A stretch of DNA of 64,000 bases, from NCBI GenBank assembly GCA_964270895.1, contig OZ185435.1. One strand, written 5' to 3'. The position numbers and the translations under genes were made by a program. Shown one piece after another: positions 50,015-62,160 of this stretch (the stretch's first letter is position 1; the number at the start of each line of letters is the position of its first letter). Source of the DNA: Podarcis filfolensis. Lineage: Eukaryota. The notes under the pieces are model-generated. The model ran no database searches. It saw nothing but the letters and a program-made list of their open reading frames with translations, and was not told the origin of the DNA.

Positions 50015-50784
50015 TCCTGTCACACAATGCCTCACATAACAGGTAATGTGTTTTTAAGAATCAGTCCTTTGTCACCTCATCAAGTTCTTGTTAAAAGATG
50101 AAATAAGACGGATGGTGTTGTCTCCCACAGAGCTGACGGAAATTCAGGAGAAAGCAATACATTCTACAGGAATAAATACCAAAAGGAAGGAACTCAGGTG
50201 CCTGTGGGGGGAAATTGCCTCTTACTGTGCTATATTGCCTTTATCCTGTGTCTTGAAAATAACTGCTCACTTTTCTTGCTCATTTTAATTCAAGCATTAA
50301 ATTAATTGGGTCAAGTTTAAGTTCTCTGATAAAGACAGGAGGAATTAAGCCTAAATCATCAAACAAATGAGAACAAAGAGTGCATTATTGCACTAGTACC
50401 TGAACTTTCGCTCAGGGCCCTTGAGACATGCTTCAGTACCTAATGGAGATGACACCCATAATTAGCAGATTTTACTTGCAACTGTTTTGTTCTGAATTTG
50501 TACAGTTAGCCCTTTATCTTGAGACCATGAATGACACTGGCATATTACTTCGTAGACTGGGTAACAGTACTACCCATTGCATTTTTTTAGTGCCGTCCAA
50601 AAGAATGTCCTAAGTGGGAAGATGTCTCTTTCAGTCTGGTCCCGGAAGGAAGATATAAGGTGGAATTCTCAATTGCCTGCTGTAACAAATGTGCAAGATG
50701 GTCAATTCCAGAAGATGATGCTTAGGAATCATTGCCCCATCTCTTGGCAATACCTTGCTATTGAACATCTACATACATTAGACC

Positions 50785-51033
50785 CAGTGGTGTGGTGTGG
50801 GGGGCTGGGGGTGCCATCTCCCCAGGCACATTTTATGGAGGAGGCGTGACCAGGCACCCCCACAACAGGCTTCCATCGAAGCCTGGCTCTGGTGTGCAAG
50901 GGGGCTGCCAAGGCGGCTTCCTCACACCCAGCCGAAGCTCCACTGCAGCTCTGCTCCCGGGTCACATCTGACCCGGGGGCAGAGTACAGAGTCGGTGGCA
51001 GAGAGCTGCCACCCCTCTCCTTGACTGGAGAGG
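50785..51033. repeat. GC-rich hairpin-rich insert, probably a truncated non-autonomous DNA element
   Basis: Starts CAGTGGTGTGGTGTGGGG; four stem-loops; no matching right TIR. Confidence 0.4.
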
Positions 51034-51251
51034 AGGATATTTAAAGGATATTGCACTCTCACTGGAAATTTGAGTTCACAGTTTGGGGATGTTCTTGGAC
51101 CCAGCACCGTCACTGGAGACACATGTAGCATCTATGACTCAGGGGCCTTATCTTAACTTTGGTTTGTATACCAGCTGCAGTTCTATTTAGACAGAGAGAC
51201 AGCCTACAATTATTACACTTTAGACAGAGACAGCCTACAATTATTACACTT

Positions 51252-51400
51252 GTGGATAGCCCAGTTGGTTAGAGCATGATGCTGATAATGCCAAGGTCGC
51301 AGGTTCAATTCCCTTCAAGGGAATTCCCTTCAGTTCCCAACCCATTGCAGCAGGTTGGACTTCATGATCCTCATAGTCCCTTCCAACTCTACAATTCTAT
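51252..51400 (+). mobile_element. tRNA-derived SINE with a CR1-like 3' tail
   Basis: A box (TAGCCCAGTTGG), B box (GGTTCAATTCC) and tail CCCTTCCAACTCTACAATTCTAT. Confidence 0.8.
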
Positions 51401-52859
51401 CATCACGGTGATTACAGCATTTCCACATCCCCAAAGCCACCTGAATTTTACCTCTCATTTCCCCTTCCCTAGGGGCCATTCCCTTACAATATCCATCCCC
51501 TTTGGTTGCTTTCAGTTGCTCCTATATTTTTACCTTAAGCTTCATTACATTCTCTCCCATGACTTCACTGCCTTCTGTGTGTCCATAATCTCCTCTTCCA
51601 TGTGCTTCAAATGGTTCCCCCAGTTTCTTCCAGCATGGCACAATTGGTTGCCGGTACTGAGAAACCTCCTATCAAACTGCACACATATGCAGTACAAGAT
51701 GAAATGCTATCAAATGCAGGTAAGACCATAGCACAGAAGTGTAGCGCTGAATCCTGATTAAATATTCCCACTCTAAAGTTGTAATTAAAACATCATTTAT
51801 ATTGAGAATAATTAAGACAACTGTACATTTGATTTTAAAATCAGTTTTGAGTATTGTGCCTTGTCAAACTACAAGGATGGCTCCTGCAGCTTCACAATTT
51901 AACATTAAGAGGCAGACAGTGACCGTGGGCACCTGAGTGGGGAGGTTTGACAGTTTGATAAATTAGGAATGACACTTGCCAAAATGGCCGTCCTTCCCTC
52001 AGTCTGCCAGTGGAGCATTTACACACTGTTAATTGAATTGGCAATTTGTGTAACAGTACCTGCCCCTGAGCTTTGGTAATTCTAGAGCTGCCATTTAGCT
52101 CTGATAATCCAGGACTGGGGAATAAGGACGAAAAGCTTCACATGATATTATTGCAGATTTAAAATGACAGTTGGGGACCTTGTTGCCAATTTCCCATTAA
52201 ATGAGAAATAATTAACAATAGCAATAACAAAGTCTTACAAAGCTGGAAAGTTAAATTGACTTTTCAGCAGTAGTGTGGTTTAAAATTGCTTCTAGTGTGA
52301 TTATCCGGTTGCCCTTTCGGTATTATATACCCTAAATAGTATCATATGATGGACAAAGTGAAGGGTGTTTTTGAAAGCTAGCCTGTTTTATTACTGTGAG
52401 GCTCTTCTGATTTATCTGTTGTTTTGTCTTCTTGCTATGTACAAATTGGGTTATACGATAATGTTTCATAGAGATAAAGAATTTAATGAAATATCAGAGA
52501 TCCTAGTTTCTACAGATGTCAGTAACTGAATGACAGCAGAAAGAAAACGTTGAACCTCCGATAACTGTTGAATACGATTGTTCTAAAAATGTCCCTGTGT
52601 AGATTCTACCCCTGTTTTCCCTTACCCCAAAGTTACAGAGAAGAGGGCAAAGAGACCCTTGGCTACTGAAGGCCTGATGTCATCAGGAGAAAAGAGGAAG
52701 GAGCTCCTTAAGCATTCCTGCACCCCCAGTTTTAGATTTTGGTAGATGAGTCAACGTATGGGAATAATATCCTCCAAAAAAGCAGCAGAGCACCAAGAAA
52801 GACCTTTGGTGATTATCTTAGACGGCATATGTGACTGAAGAGAACTCCTTGGCAGTTTC

Positions 52860-53274
52860 AGGTGGTGTTTACTTTGGAATTTACTGTAGTCTGGATGTTA
52901 GCAGGGTGTGGTTAACTACCTCTTGCAGGGGCTGGCAGGAGCCCAAGGAGTGGGGGGTTGTGCACGCAGAGGGGAGAGAGAGAAGGAGGGTCTGGCAAAA
53001 GGGGCCAGTGATTTGTGGGTTTCTGTGCCACCCATGAGCTGGTTCCTGGCAGAGGTGGAAGAAGGGGGACCAGAGCAGGTGACTGGTCAGCAAGAGCATG
53101 GAGGAAGGAAGCAGGACTTGCTGGAAGAGCCATAAGGGATCTTGGAATCTGTAGAATCTGTGGATGAGGCCATGCCTTCAGAATCCCCTGGACACCCACT
53201 CCCCACTGTCACCTTGCTTGAGGAGAAGTTTGAAGAGACGAGAAGTTAGAGCAGCCTCTGAGGAGGAGCTGACA
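52860..53274 (-). mobile_element. Possible LTR-like remnant
   Basis: Begins TGTCAG on the minus strand like the solo LTR at 59361; left boundary and TSD not resolved. Confidence 0.3.
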
Positions 53275-53371
53275 GGTGCTTGAGCGCAACACGTGAGCTA
53301 AGGAGGGACAAGGGGTGGGGGCATAAATACTCTGTTTCTCCAATGTTCTGAGACTGGCACAGATTTGCAGT

Positions 53372-53548
53372 CATAGGAGCCAACTCCTAGGGGCTAATGT
53401 CACTTTAGCCCCCCCTCCCAATAAAATATTTGAGGAGATAGTGGGTATTGCCATTCAAATGGTGTGCGCGTGCTGCGTCTTGTGATCAATTATGCGGGGT
53501 GGGGCTTACCTGCCCTTCCACCCCATTTTATTCAAGTTGGCACTCCTG
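53372..53548. mobile_element. Degenerate MITE
   Basis: Imperfect TIR-like ends CATAGGAGCCAAC / GTTGGCACTCCTG; no TSD. Confidence 0.45.
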
Positions 53549-54427
53549 TCTGAAGTTGTCATTTGCTTAGACAGCTAATTAGCGAGGAGCTTTATCGTAT
53601 ATCACTTGCACATTAGGAGCTGATGTAACTGACTGATTCACCAATAAAGAACTATAAAATCCAGCCGCTTGTCTTTGATGGTGCAGGTTGGGACACCCTC
53701 AGGGTGGGAAACCAGCTCACCCGTCACATGTGGTTGAAGGCGATATCACAGAAGCCACTGCACTTAAGCCCTTAAAATTGAGAGAGAGTGAAATCCTATC
53801 CGGAATAGATTGCAATCCACCTCTCATGTCAGACGAACCATCTACCATCTTGTCTAGATTGAACTTGAAGTGTGTCTGGATTGAACTTGGAGTGGCCCTT
53901 ATCCACTCCACTTAAGGATGCTAGGTACTGATTCAGTGTTACCCTTTGGAGTCCATAACATAAAAGGTCTAGTGGTTTTGCCTCACCTCCTGAACTGATC
54001 ATCTGTGTAGGGCTAGAACCACTGCAGATAGTCTATTTAGAAGGGTGCCGTGGCTGATGGTATGAAACGCTGTTGAGAAGTCCAAAAGAATTAACAGGGT
54101 TTGTTATCTATGTCCTTCTTCTGACAAACTAAGTCATTCAAAGCTGTTTCCATGCCAAAACTGATACCGAAACCAGACTATATCTGTTGGCTAGAAAAAG
54201 TAGATAACTATAAACACTTGGAATCTGTGTCTTAATGTCAGCTTATTTAGCTTCAAAAATGAAGAATGTATGATGACTTTGAAGGAGTATTTTAATTATC
54301 TCATAATTAAAATAATGGGATCATGCTGACATGATTTCTCACATAATCGCCCTGAATCTTAAAGGTCATGATGCTACCCACTTATAAAACATCGTCAAGC
54401 AAAATCCAGCTATTTGGTGTGACTAGC

Positions 54428-54830
54428 AATGGCATCAATAATAGGCTGCATGAGGGGCAATAAGCAGAAGCTCAGTCCATGCAAACTATGTGCAGATGTG
54501 AGCACTGATCATTTGTCTAGAACTTTAAACATAAGAGAAGACGACAAGATGAATTTATACATGATCTTAAACATAGCACGACACTTTCCACTAGCTGAGT
54601 ACAGCTGTCCTGCCTTGGTAACATCCAGATTGTAACTTGTTACTGCATTGGACTGCCTTGAAAGACGTCTCAGAAACTTCCAATTTGTGCAAAAAAAAAA
54701 AATACAGGTGCTAGACTGCCTATGGGACCTACCCTACAGAACACATCTCACCAATCTTGAAAGAACTTCACTGGTTATTGACCAATTTCCAAGCAAAACA
54801 GCTGCTGCTTAGCTTTACATCCCTATGATG
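54428..54830 (+). mobile_element. Degenerate L2 LINE RT fragment
   Basis: MRGNKQKLSP (MRANKLKLNP-like), LVTSRL, and an EHISPILKELHW-like block. Confidence 0.7.
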
Positions 54831-55252
54831 ACAAGGAACCATAGCATTTCCACCTAAATGCACCTATCCTTGCATAAATGCACCTATCAGTGAATTAAGA
54901 TAATTGTTCAAGACCCTTCTGTGGACCCCCCATAGCTTCTGAAGATAATAATGATAATAATAATAATAATACCTTTATTGTCAAGATGGGTTGTTACAGG
55001 TGACAGGGTTTTTCAGCTGCAGTGCCCCATTTCTATAGTGCTTTCCCCAAATAGGTTTGACTGGCACCAAGCGAATACTTTTTGAGGTTGTTTTATTTTT
55101 TCACGTTTGCTGATCAATTTTTTTAATTTTTAAAAAGTTAACTGAACTTGGCTTTGATCTGTCAGTATGTTTTTGATCTGCAGTGCTTTATAACTTCCTT
55201 CAGTTTAACTGATTGTTGTGTTTGATTGTTTTATTTGTAGCTGACCTGGGAA

Positions 55253-55959
55253 TGTTGTTGTTGTTTAGTCATTTAGTCGTGTCTGACTCTTCATGACCCC
55301 ATGGACCAGAGCACGCCAGCCACTTCTGTCTTCCACTGCCTCCCACAGTTTGGTCAGACTCATGTTCGTAGCTTTGAGAACACTGTCCAACCATCTCGGC
55401 CACCATCGTCCCCTTCTCCTAGTGCCCTCCATCTTTCCCAACATCAGGGTCTTTCCCAGAGAGTCTTCTCTTCTCATGAGGTGGCCAAAGTATCAGAGCC
55501 TCAGCTTCAGGATCTGTCCTTCCAGTGAGCACTCGGGGCTGATTTCCTTCAGAATGGATAGGTTTGATCTTCTTGCAGTCCATGGGACTCTCAAGGGTCT
55601 CCTCCAGCACCATAATTCGAAAACATCAATTCTTTATGGCCCAGCTCTCACTTCCATACATCACTACTGGGAAAACCATAGCTTTTACTATACGGACCTT
55701 TGTTGGCAAGGTGATGTCTCTACTTTTTAAGATGCTGTCTAGGTTTGTCATTGCTTTTCTCCCAAGAAGCAGGCGTCTTTTAATTACGTGGCTGCTGTCA
55801 CCATCTGCAGTGATCATGGAGCCCAAGAAAGTAAAATCTCTCACTGCCTCCATTTCTTCCCCTTCTGTTTCCCAGGAGGTGATGGGACCAGTGGCCATGA
55901 TCTTCGTTTTTTTGATGTTGAGCTTCAGACCATATTTTGCGCTCTCCTCTTTCACCCTC
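55253..55959 (-). mobile_element. Bov-B (RTE) LINE, 5'-truncated 3' end with a (CAA)n tail
   Basis: KEESAKYGLKLNIKKTKIM...FPVVMYGSESW and MRREDSLGKTLMLGKMEG...HGVMKSQTRLND*, typical of the Bov-B ORF C-terminus. Confidence 0.93.
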
Positions 55960-56159
55960 GAATTGTGTTTTTTTTAGGGATACGGAGGAGGGAGAGAGGT
56001 ACAATGGTATAAGAGCTGTTGAAATGAAAATTTAGGTGAAAGTAGGTTGTGCAAACGGATGACATTCTATTTCAGGTATATTTACTTTGTCCTGCTTTTC
56101 AACTCTAGAATATATGCATCTAGATAGAGATCAAGATAGATAAATATATTTCGTATATT

Positions 56160-56352
56160 TCTCACATTTCCTCCAAGAAGCTCAAGGTAGCATACTTGGC
56201 TTGCTTCCCACCATTTAATCCTAAAAACAACCCTGTAAGTCTGGATAGGCAGAGAGAAGGTGACTGGCTCAAGGCCATTTGATAAGGAACATGGCTGTGT
56301 GAGGATCTGAACCCAGATCTCCCCAGTCCTAGTCTGACACTATAACCACTAA
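56160..56352 (-). mobile_element. MIR/CORE-type SINE
   Basis: AACAACCCTGT...TGACTGGCTCAAGG...GAACCCAGATCTCC...TAACCACTA; tRNA-like head on the minus strand. Confidence 0.65.
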
Positions 56353-57397
56353 AATCAATTGTTGAAAATAGCACTGTGAGAGGAAAAAATGTGAGGGACT
56401 GAAGGTGCCTTTGTACATAAATCCAATAAAAGTGGGTTTTCTGTTAGGAAAAAACTAAGTAGATGTTTTTCCTGTCCTGTGCATCTGAATATTCATCACA
56501 TGGAGGCATATTTCTGTAGGGATTCACCTGGTTGGAATGAGTCATTATTTAATTGTGGCATATGTGTGGTTCTCTGAATCTAAAGAGTTTTGAAAAGTTG
56601 CTGGTTTTTTTCTGATTGTACAACAGGATTTCCTTTTCTATGTTAAGTTTGAAAACATTCTAAAGGGGTGCAGGTACCTCAAGACTATTTTGTTCAAAAA
56701 ATGGAGCCTCTATTGTGGTTCTTTTAATTTTTTTATAAATTGAATTAATCCAGCCAAAAGCTGTGTTAACTGTGTCACATCCCTTTAACCAAAGGCATGT
56801 AAACCCCAGAATAGACAGCTGTTTGGCTGTACCAAGGTGGGCCCCCTGCCCTCAGCAAATATACTTGATTCCCCTACATGGCCACTTGGCTGGCTACTCT
56901 TACAGCCATATGGTTGGATGGATTCACGACTGCTCCCTAGTTGGCTGTATAATTCCACAAGGATACAGTAGTAGTTACTGGTAGCCATATTGGGAAAAAT
57001 TTGCAGTGGTGGTAGTTTTGTGTGTGTGTGTGTGTGTGTGTGTGTTTTTGTTTTTTGTTTGCGAAGACCAACTTGGGTGAAGGCTGGCATTAAGTTACGA
57101 AGTATATGACTGTAGAAATAATAAACAAATCCCATATATGTGGGGATTATTATTTTTTTAAAGCATTTTTATGGCGATATAGTATGCTATTCCTGAATAG
57201 CGCAAATGAGGTAAAATTAACCGAAGCTTTCTTTTCTTTTAATTTATTTTTGATTGCTTTTCTTCTTAAGGATTAAACAACAACAACAAGGGGGGATGGT
57301 TTATTTTATTGTTGTTTAATCTCTCTGCTGAAGTATGCTAGATCCTCTGACTGGCTATTTGAAATAAGGACAGAGAGATGGAGGGATCCCTTTAGAC

Positions 57398-57820
57398 CAG
57401 TGGTTCTCAAACATTTTTTTCCGGGCCACACTTTTAGAATAAAAATTTGCTTGCACCACAATTTTTTTATTGAAAAGAAATACATTGGAAAACTCCTAGC
57501 AGTGTTTGATCTATGACATAGAACACAACCACTTTGTGTTTGGGGTGTGTTTTTTTCTTCAGCTTTTCCACTGAAAATTTCCAAATAAAATATGAATATT
57601 GAAAACATTTAAAATGTCATGAAAAATAAAAAAGAAATAAGAAGAAATAATACTGATAATACGATCATGAGACACCCAGAAAGTATAAAACAATGCAGCT
57701 ACCTAAGAACATGAATCATTCCCAAAATAAAATATTGATTGTCCTTTAATCTTCCTGTCACACTTGCCATCCTCTCCTGCCACACCGGTGAGTGTGACCT
57801 GCACCCTTTGAGAACCATCA
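57398..57820. mobile_element. Non-autonomous hAT (Charlie-like) element (423 bp)
   Basis: Ends CAGTGGTTCTCAAA / TTTGAGAACCATCA; TSD CTTTAGAC at 57390-57397 and 57821-57828. Confidence 0.9.
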
Positions 57821-58029
57821 CTTTAGACTAATGAAGAAAAGTAGCATCATGCTGTAGGACATGCTAAGCCCTCTCTGTTGTGGAGAACGCCAGTTTCCAA
57901 AAAGTGATGGCCATGAGGAATAAAACTTTTTAAGATGGCAGATTTACAGAAAATGAACTTCATCGGCTCAATGGCAATTTTGTAAGGGTGTATAAAACAA
58001 TATGGCGATGGGCTTCCATTATCTGAACA

Positions 58030-58425
58030 TATATTTTTAAATATATATATTATTTATGATTTTGAGTTTTATACATTTCAATAATTTTACAGTCATTTTG
58101 GCATTTCAAAACTTGACTTCCTTGCCTCTCTTTCTGCGGTTCCTTAAATTTATTTTTAATATTTTCTGCATATCCAAATTAACTTAATTGGCTCATTTAT
58201 TCATCTGCTTTAAATATATACTCTTATAAAACTGCAGGTAATTACAATAATCCTGCCAAAGTTCTTATCCTTTTACAGTTTGTAAATATTCCATAAACCA
58301 TTTCTTTTAAAAAAAGTTATCTTGATTTTTTTATTTTTCCGGTAAGTTTCGTCATTTCCTCATATTCCATAAGTTTTTGTATCCATTCTTTTGCTGGGAC
58401 TACTTCTTCTTTCCAACCATCATTT
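58030..58425 (-). mobile_element. L1 LINE 3' end fragment
   Basis: Minus-strand WKEEVVPAKEWIQKLMEYEEMTKLTGKI, homologous to the 36480 fragment. Confidence 0.7.
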
Positions 58426-58490
58426 GAACATGTGGACCCTTGGAGTGCATAACACACAGAGGCTTTCAGCACAAACTGTTTCATCTACAT

Positions 58491-58626
58491 CAGGCATAGG
58501 CAAACTCGGCCCTCCAGATGTTTTGAGACTACAGTTCCCATTATCCCTGACCGCTGGTCCTGTTAGCTAGGAATGGTGGGAGTTGTAGTCCCCAAACATC
58601 TGGAGGGCCAAGTTTGCCCAGACCTG
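58491..58626. mobile_element. hAT MITE family A
   Basis: Ends CAGGCATAGGCAAAC / GTTTGCCCAGACCTG; TSD ATCTACAT. Confidence 0.93.
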
Positions 58627-58906
58627 ATCTACATAGTGCAGGCTTCCACTGCTGAGTGACAGACCCTAAAATCCCCTGACATTCAAACTAGATAGGTAGA
58701 AAATGGATTGTTTTTGGTTTTTTTAGCAATATGAAGTTTGTACAGTAAACTGGCAGCCAATTTCCACTACCACTGTGGTGGCTTGTAGAAGGGAGGGGAT
58801 GGTGATGAGAAAGCCTTAGACTGACGATCTCAATCAATGGCTGCTGCAGCATAGAACTTGGTTGAGGGTTGACAACGCCTGAGGCTTCACCTCAGTGAAC
58901 TGCTAA

Positions 58907-59361
58907 TGTTAGAGGTATTGGTTGGTTGCTCGAGAGCAATCAGGCAATATGCCTCAGAAGTGTGTTCTAAAGCTTTCTTATTAGTGATAAAAACCTTTAG
59001 AATGCAGAGCGCCTGTATTCCGTGTCTTGCTCATTCACTGGCAGAATCTGAGAGTGGGCAGTCCTTAAACCTTCCCCAGCAGAGTAGTTTCTTGACGCCC
59101 AGTCTGCGCCTTCCCTCTCTGCGCGGAAGCTTTCTGCGCAAGGAAGGCTTGGCTAACGGGGGACCTCCCTCCTCCCCGCTTTGCTCCGGCAAGGTGTCCT
59201 GGCACTGCCTTGCCTCCTCCGCCCCCTGCATCTTCTCTCCACTAGAGGCGTGGCTATCTTCCTCTGCTGAGGAAGTGCTGCTTCCCACGATCTTTGGGGG
59301 CTCTCTGTAATCCATCCGGCTTTTCCCCTCTCGCCCCTGAACCGATGGCAGTTCCCTGACA
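58907..59361. mobile_element. Solo LTR (455 bp)
   Basis: Termini TGTTAG...CTGACA; 5-bp TSD GCTAA at 58902-58906 and 59362-59366. Confidence 0.8.
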
Positions 59362-60896
59362 GCTAATGTAGCTCTGAAGTGTATGACCCCTCTTCCTCTC
59401 ATTTGCCCACTTAGAGAACACTAGTTGCCAGTGATAAAGCAATCAGAAGTGTGGTGCAGAGAAATATAAGGAAATACTGTACACACAATTCTTTGGCATT
59501 TTCTCATTTGCAAGCTCCTTTGAAAAGCCCTGCACTGACTGCCTATAAGACTCCATAGGCTATCAAGCCCTCTTGAAGGTACTTGTGTTCACTTACAAAA
59601 CCCTGTACAGCTGGAGGCCAGGATATCGGAAAGAATGTCTCCTGTGTAGACCTGCCTATTTTAAAGATCTGTGGGGCGGCTTCATTGGCTGGACTATCTT
59701 AAGCTATATGGCAATGTCTTCTTGATGGTGCACCCCAGTTTTTAAACTTTCTTCCCCTACAGCTGGGAGCTACTCTTTTAAATTTTATATGCCAGGTTAA
59801 GACCCGGGCTTTTAGTGGACTCTTATGCCAATATTTTTGGTTTTCAGTTGCTCGATTGTGACTGGTTCACCTTGATTTTAGTCCAATTGTGAACTTGAAA
59901 CTGCCTTCTGTAATTAAGTTTGGGTAGGAAACATTTTAAATAACTAAATTATTGGGGGGGGAGAGGTTGCCTGCCACCATTAACACATTTTATTAACATA
60001 TTTATATCTCACCTTCCATTGCATACAACAATATTTGATGGGTTACAATGAAATTTATGAAAAAATACTATATTCCTATATCTAAAAAAGAATAGGATGT
60101 CGGTTAAGGACAGTTTTTACTTGACAGTATTGTGACCTAAAGGAAGGGGCAAATGGGTCTCTTTGCGAATACGACTACAATTTATCTTATTTGAAACTTA
60201 TATTTGTTTTCTGAGTGTTCCCCCGCCCTCCTGTCAACAAGATTTTTTCTTTGCCAGTGCGGTCTTCTTGGCCTTTGTAGGTTTCCTTGCCCCTGCATAT
60301 CAACCACATTGGGATATCAACCACATTGTTCGAGGCTTTCCTATTCTTTAGCTTGCATTCTAGCTGTTTCTAGAATGTTCTGTTCTGTTCTGCTGTGGTG
60401 GTTTTAAGCAAGTTCTAAGCATCCTGAAGACATTGGACTTTCTTAACATCATTAGCCTTTATAGAAATTAAATGGCACCCTGCAGCACTTTAGTATTGAA
60501 GTTTCATTTTATGACATATTTTGGCATGCTTCAGTGATGAAAGGGGTTTACGTTTTTTTTAATGGAACTCCAAGGCTTTCTTCGACAACAAAATAAATGT
60601 GATGTTTTAGTTATTACTATAATAGTATCCTAATAGTGCAACATCTAGGCCCCACAGAATGGATATGGAGTGGATAGTCTTGCCACATGGGGGAAATCCT
60701 CTCTCTTCAAACTAGGAAAATAGGAACAAATTCTAATTTTCAAAAGTATTATCCCTCATAATACCTCAGTAACAATGAGCATTCCAAATGCCAAAATACT
60801 TTCATCTCGCCATCAGCCGTTTATTATAGCCAACAGACCAGAAATAAGCTGTACAGAACATTTTACACAGAATACAAAAAGTGTAACAACAACAAC

Positions 60897-60968
60897 TTTT
60901 TTATTTATACCCCACCCAACTGGTTGGGTTGCCCCAGCCACTTTGGGTGGCTTCCCACACATATAAAA
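60897..60968 (-). mobile_element. L2 3' terminal fragment
   Basis: TATACCCCACCC...CCCCAGCCACTTTGGGTGGCTTCC matches the 3' ends at 11970-12020 and 61885-61930. Confidence 0.7.
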
Positions 60969-61804
60969 ATGACAGGATTCTAGCTCCTGTTTCATTACCC
61001 GTTAAGACTGATAAAAAGCACCATAGGACCCCTTTCAGATGAAAGTATTTCCTTTGTAATACTTTCATCTGGAAAGGGCCCAAAATCATTTTTTCTGGCA
61101 TTCTTAATGAGCAATGAATGTTGACTAAATATTTCCCCTGAATTCCAGATTTGTAGTCCTCTATAACTGCTCCTTGTGTTATAGCTCCTGAAAACTATAT
61201 AACTATATAATCATGATTATAGTATCAAGACTAGTGGGGTAACAAAATGCCTTATCATTAAGTTATCCTTGTCTGTCCAGAATGTATTTTTATTTTTATA
61301 TTTTAATTAAGTTTTATGTCAACATCTACACATTAATTTTGCACTGACATTCTGAGAATCACAGCATTACTGGTAGTGGTTTATTAGTTTCTTGGATCTT
61401 CTTCATAACGTGAAGCTTCCCCCCCCCCCCCCAAGAATTGGTTTCTTACACCTGTAGAAGCATACTGTTTCAAGAAAACATAATGTTTTTCTACTCCTCA
61501 TTATATTGTTCTATGGTTTCACTTTATATATATATGCTTCCTCGCATGAACTCAAGCTGTTTTTAAAAAGCACATTTTCAGTATTTGCCCGAGAATATTT
61601 TTCGCCAGTTCAAAAATATTTAAAACAAGGAATGTAGAAATTACCATTATTTACAGCTAGGAATCAGGGGGCTGGGGGGCTGCATTCAGCTAATGAGTCC
61701 TGCTGACGTCAGCTAGTGCAAGAGACTCTGACTCTGGTGTTTGTGCGTCAGGAGAACCACCAGAGCAGCATGTGGCAGGACGAGAGAGGCTGTTATTAGA
61801 ATTA

Positions 61805-61849
61805 CAGCAGCAGCAGCAGCAACAACAACAAATTATTATTATTATTATT

Positions 61850-61885
<36 letters not shown>
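61805..61885. repeat. Compound (CAG)n(CAA)n(TTA)n(CAT)n microsatellite
   Basis: Direct reading; abuts an L2 3' end. Confidence 0.95.
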
Positions 61886-62160
61886 ACCCCACCTATCTGG
61901 CTGGGTTTCCCCAGCCACTCTGGGCGGCTCACAGCAGAATATTAAAAACATGATAAAACATCAAATGTTAAAAGCTTCCCTAAACAGGGCTGCCTTCAGA
62001 TGTCTTCTAAAAGTCAGATAGTTGTTTATTTCCTTGACATCTGATGGGAGACATCTGATGGTTCCACAGAGCAGGCGCCACTACTGAGAAGACCCTCTGC
62101 CTGGTTCCCTGTAACCTTACTTTTCGCAGTGAGGGAACTTCCAGAAGGCCCTTGGAGCTG
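61885..62160 (-). mobile_element. L2 LINE 3' end
   Basis: Reverse complement of the family at 11809; small internal duplication GACATCTGATGG. Confidence 0.88.

Noticed and set aside
51252-51325. tRNA gene
   Set aside because: The cloverleaf is degenerate and runs into a CR1-like tail, so it is a SINE head
53688-53915. 75-aa ORF after an AG as a terminal coding exon
   Set aside because: Unrecognised peptide, weak polypyrimidine tract, no upstream exon partner
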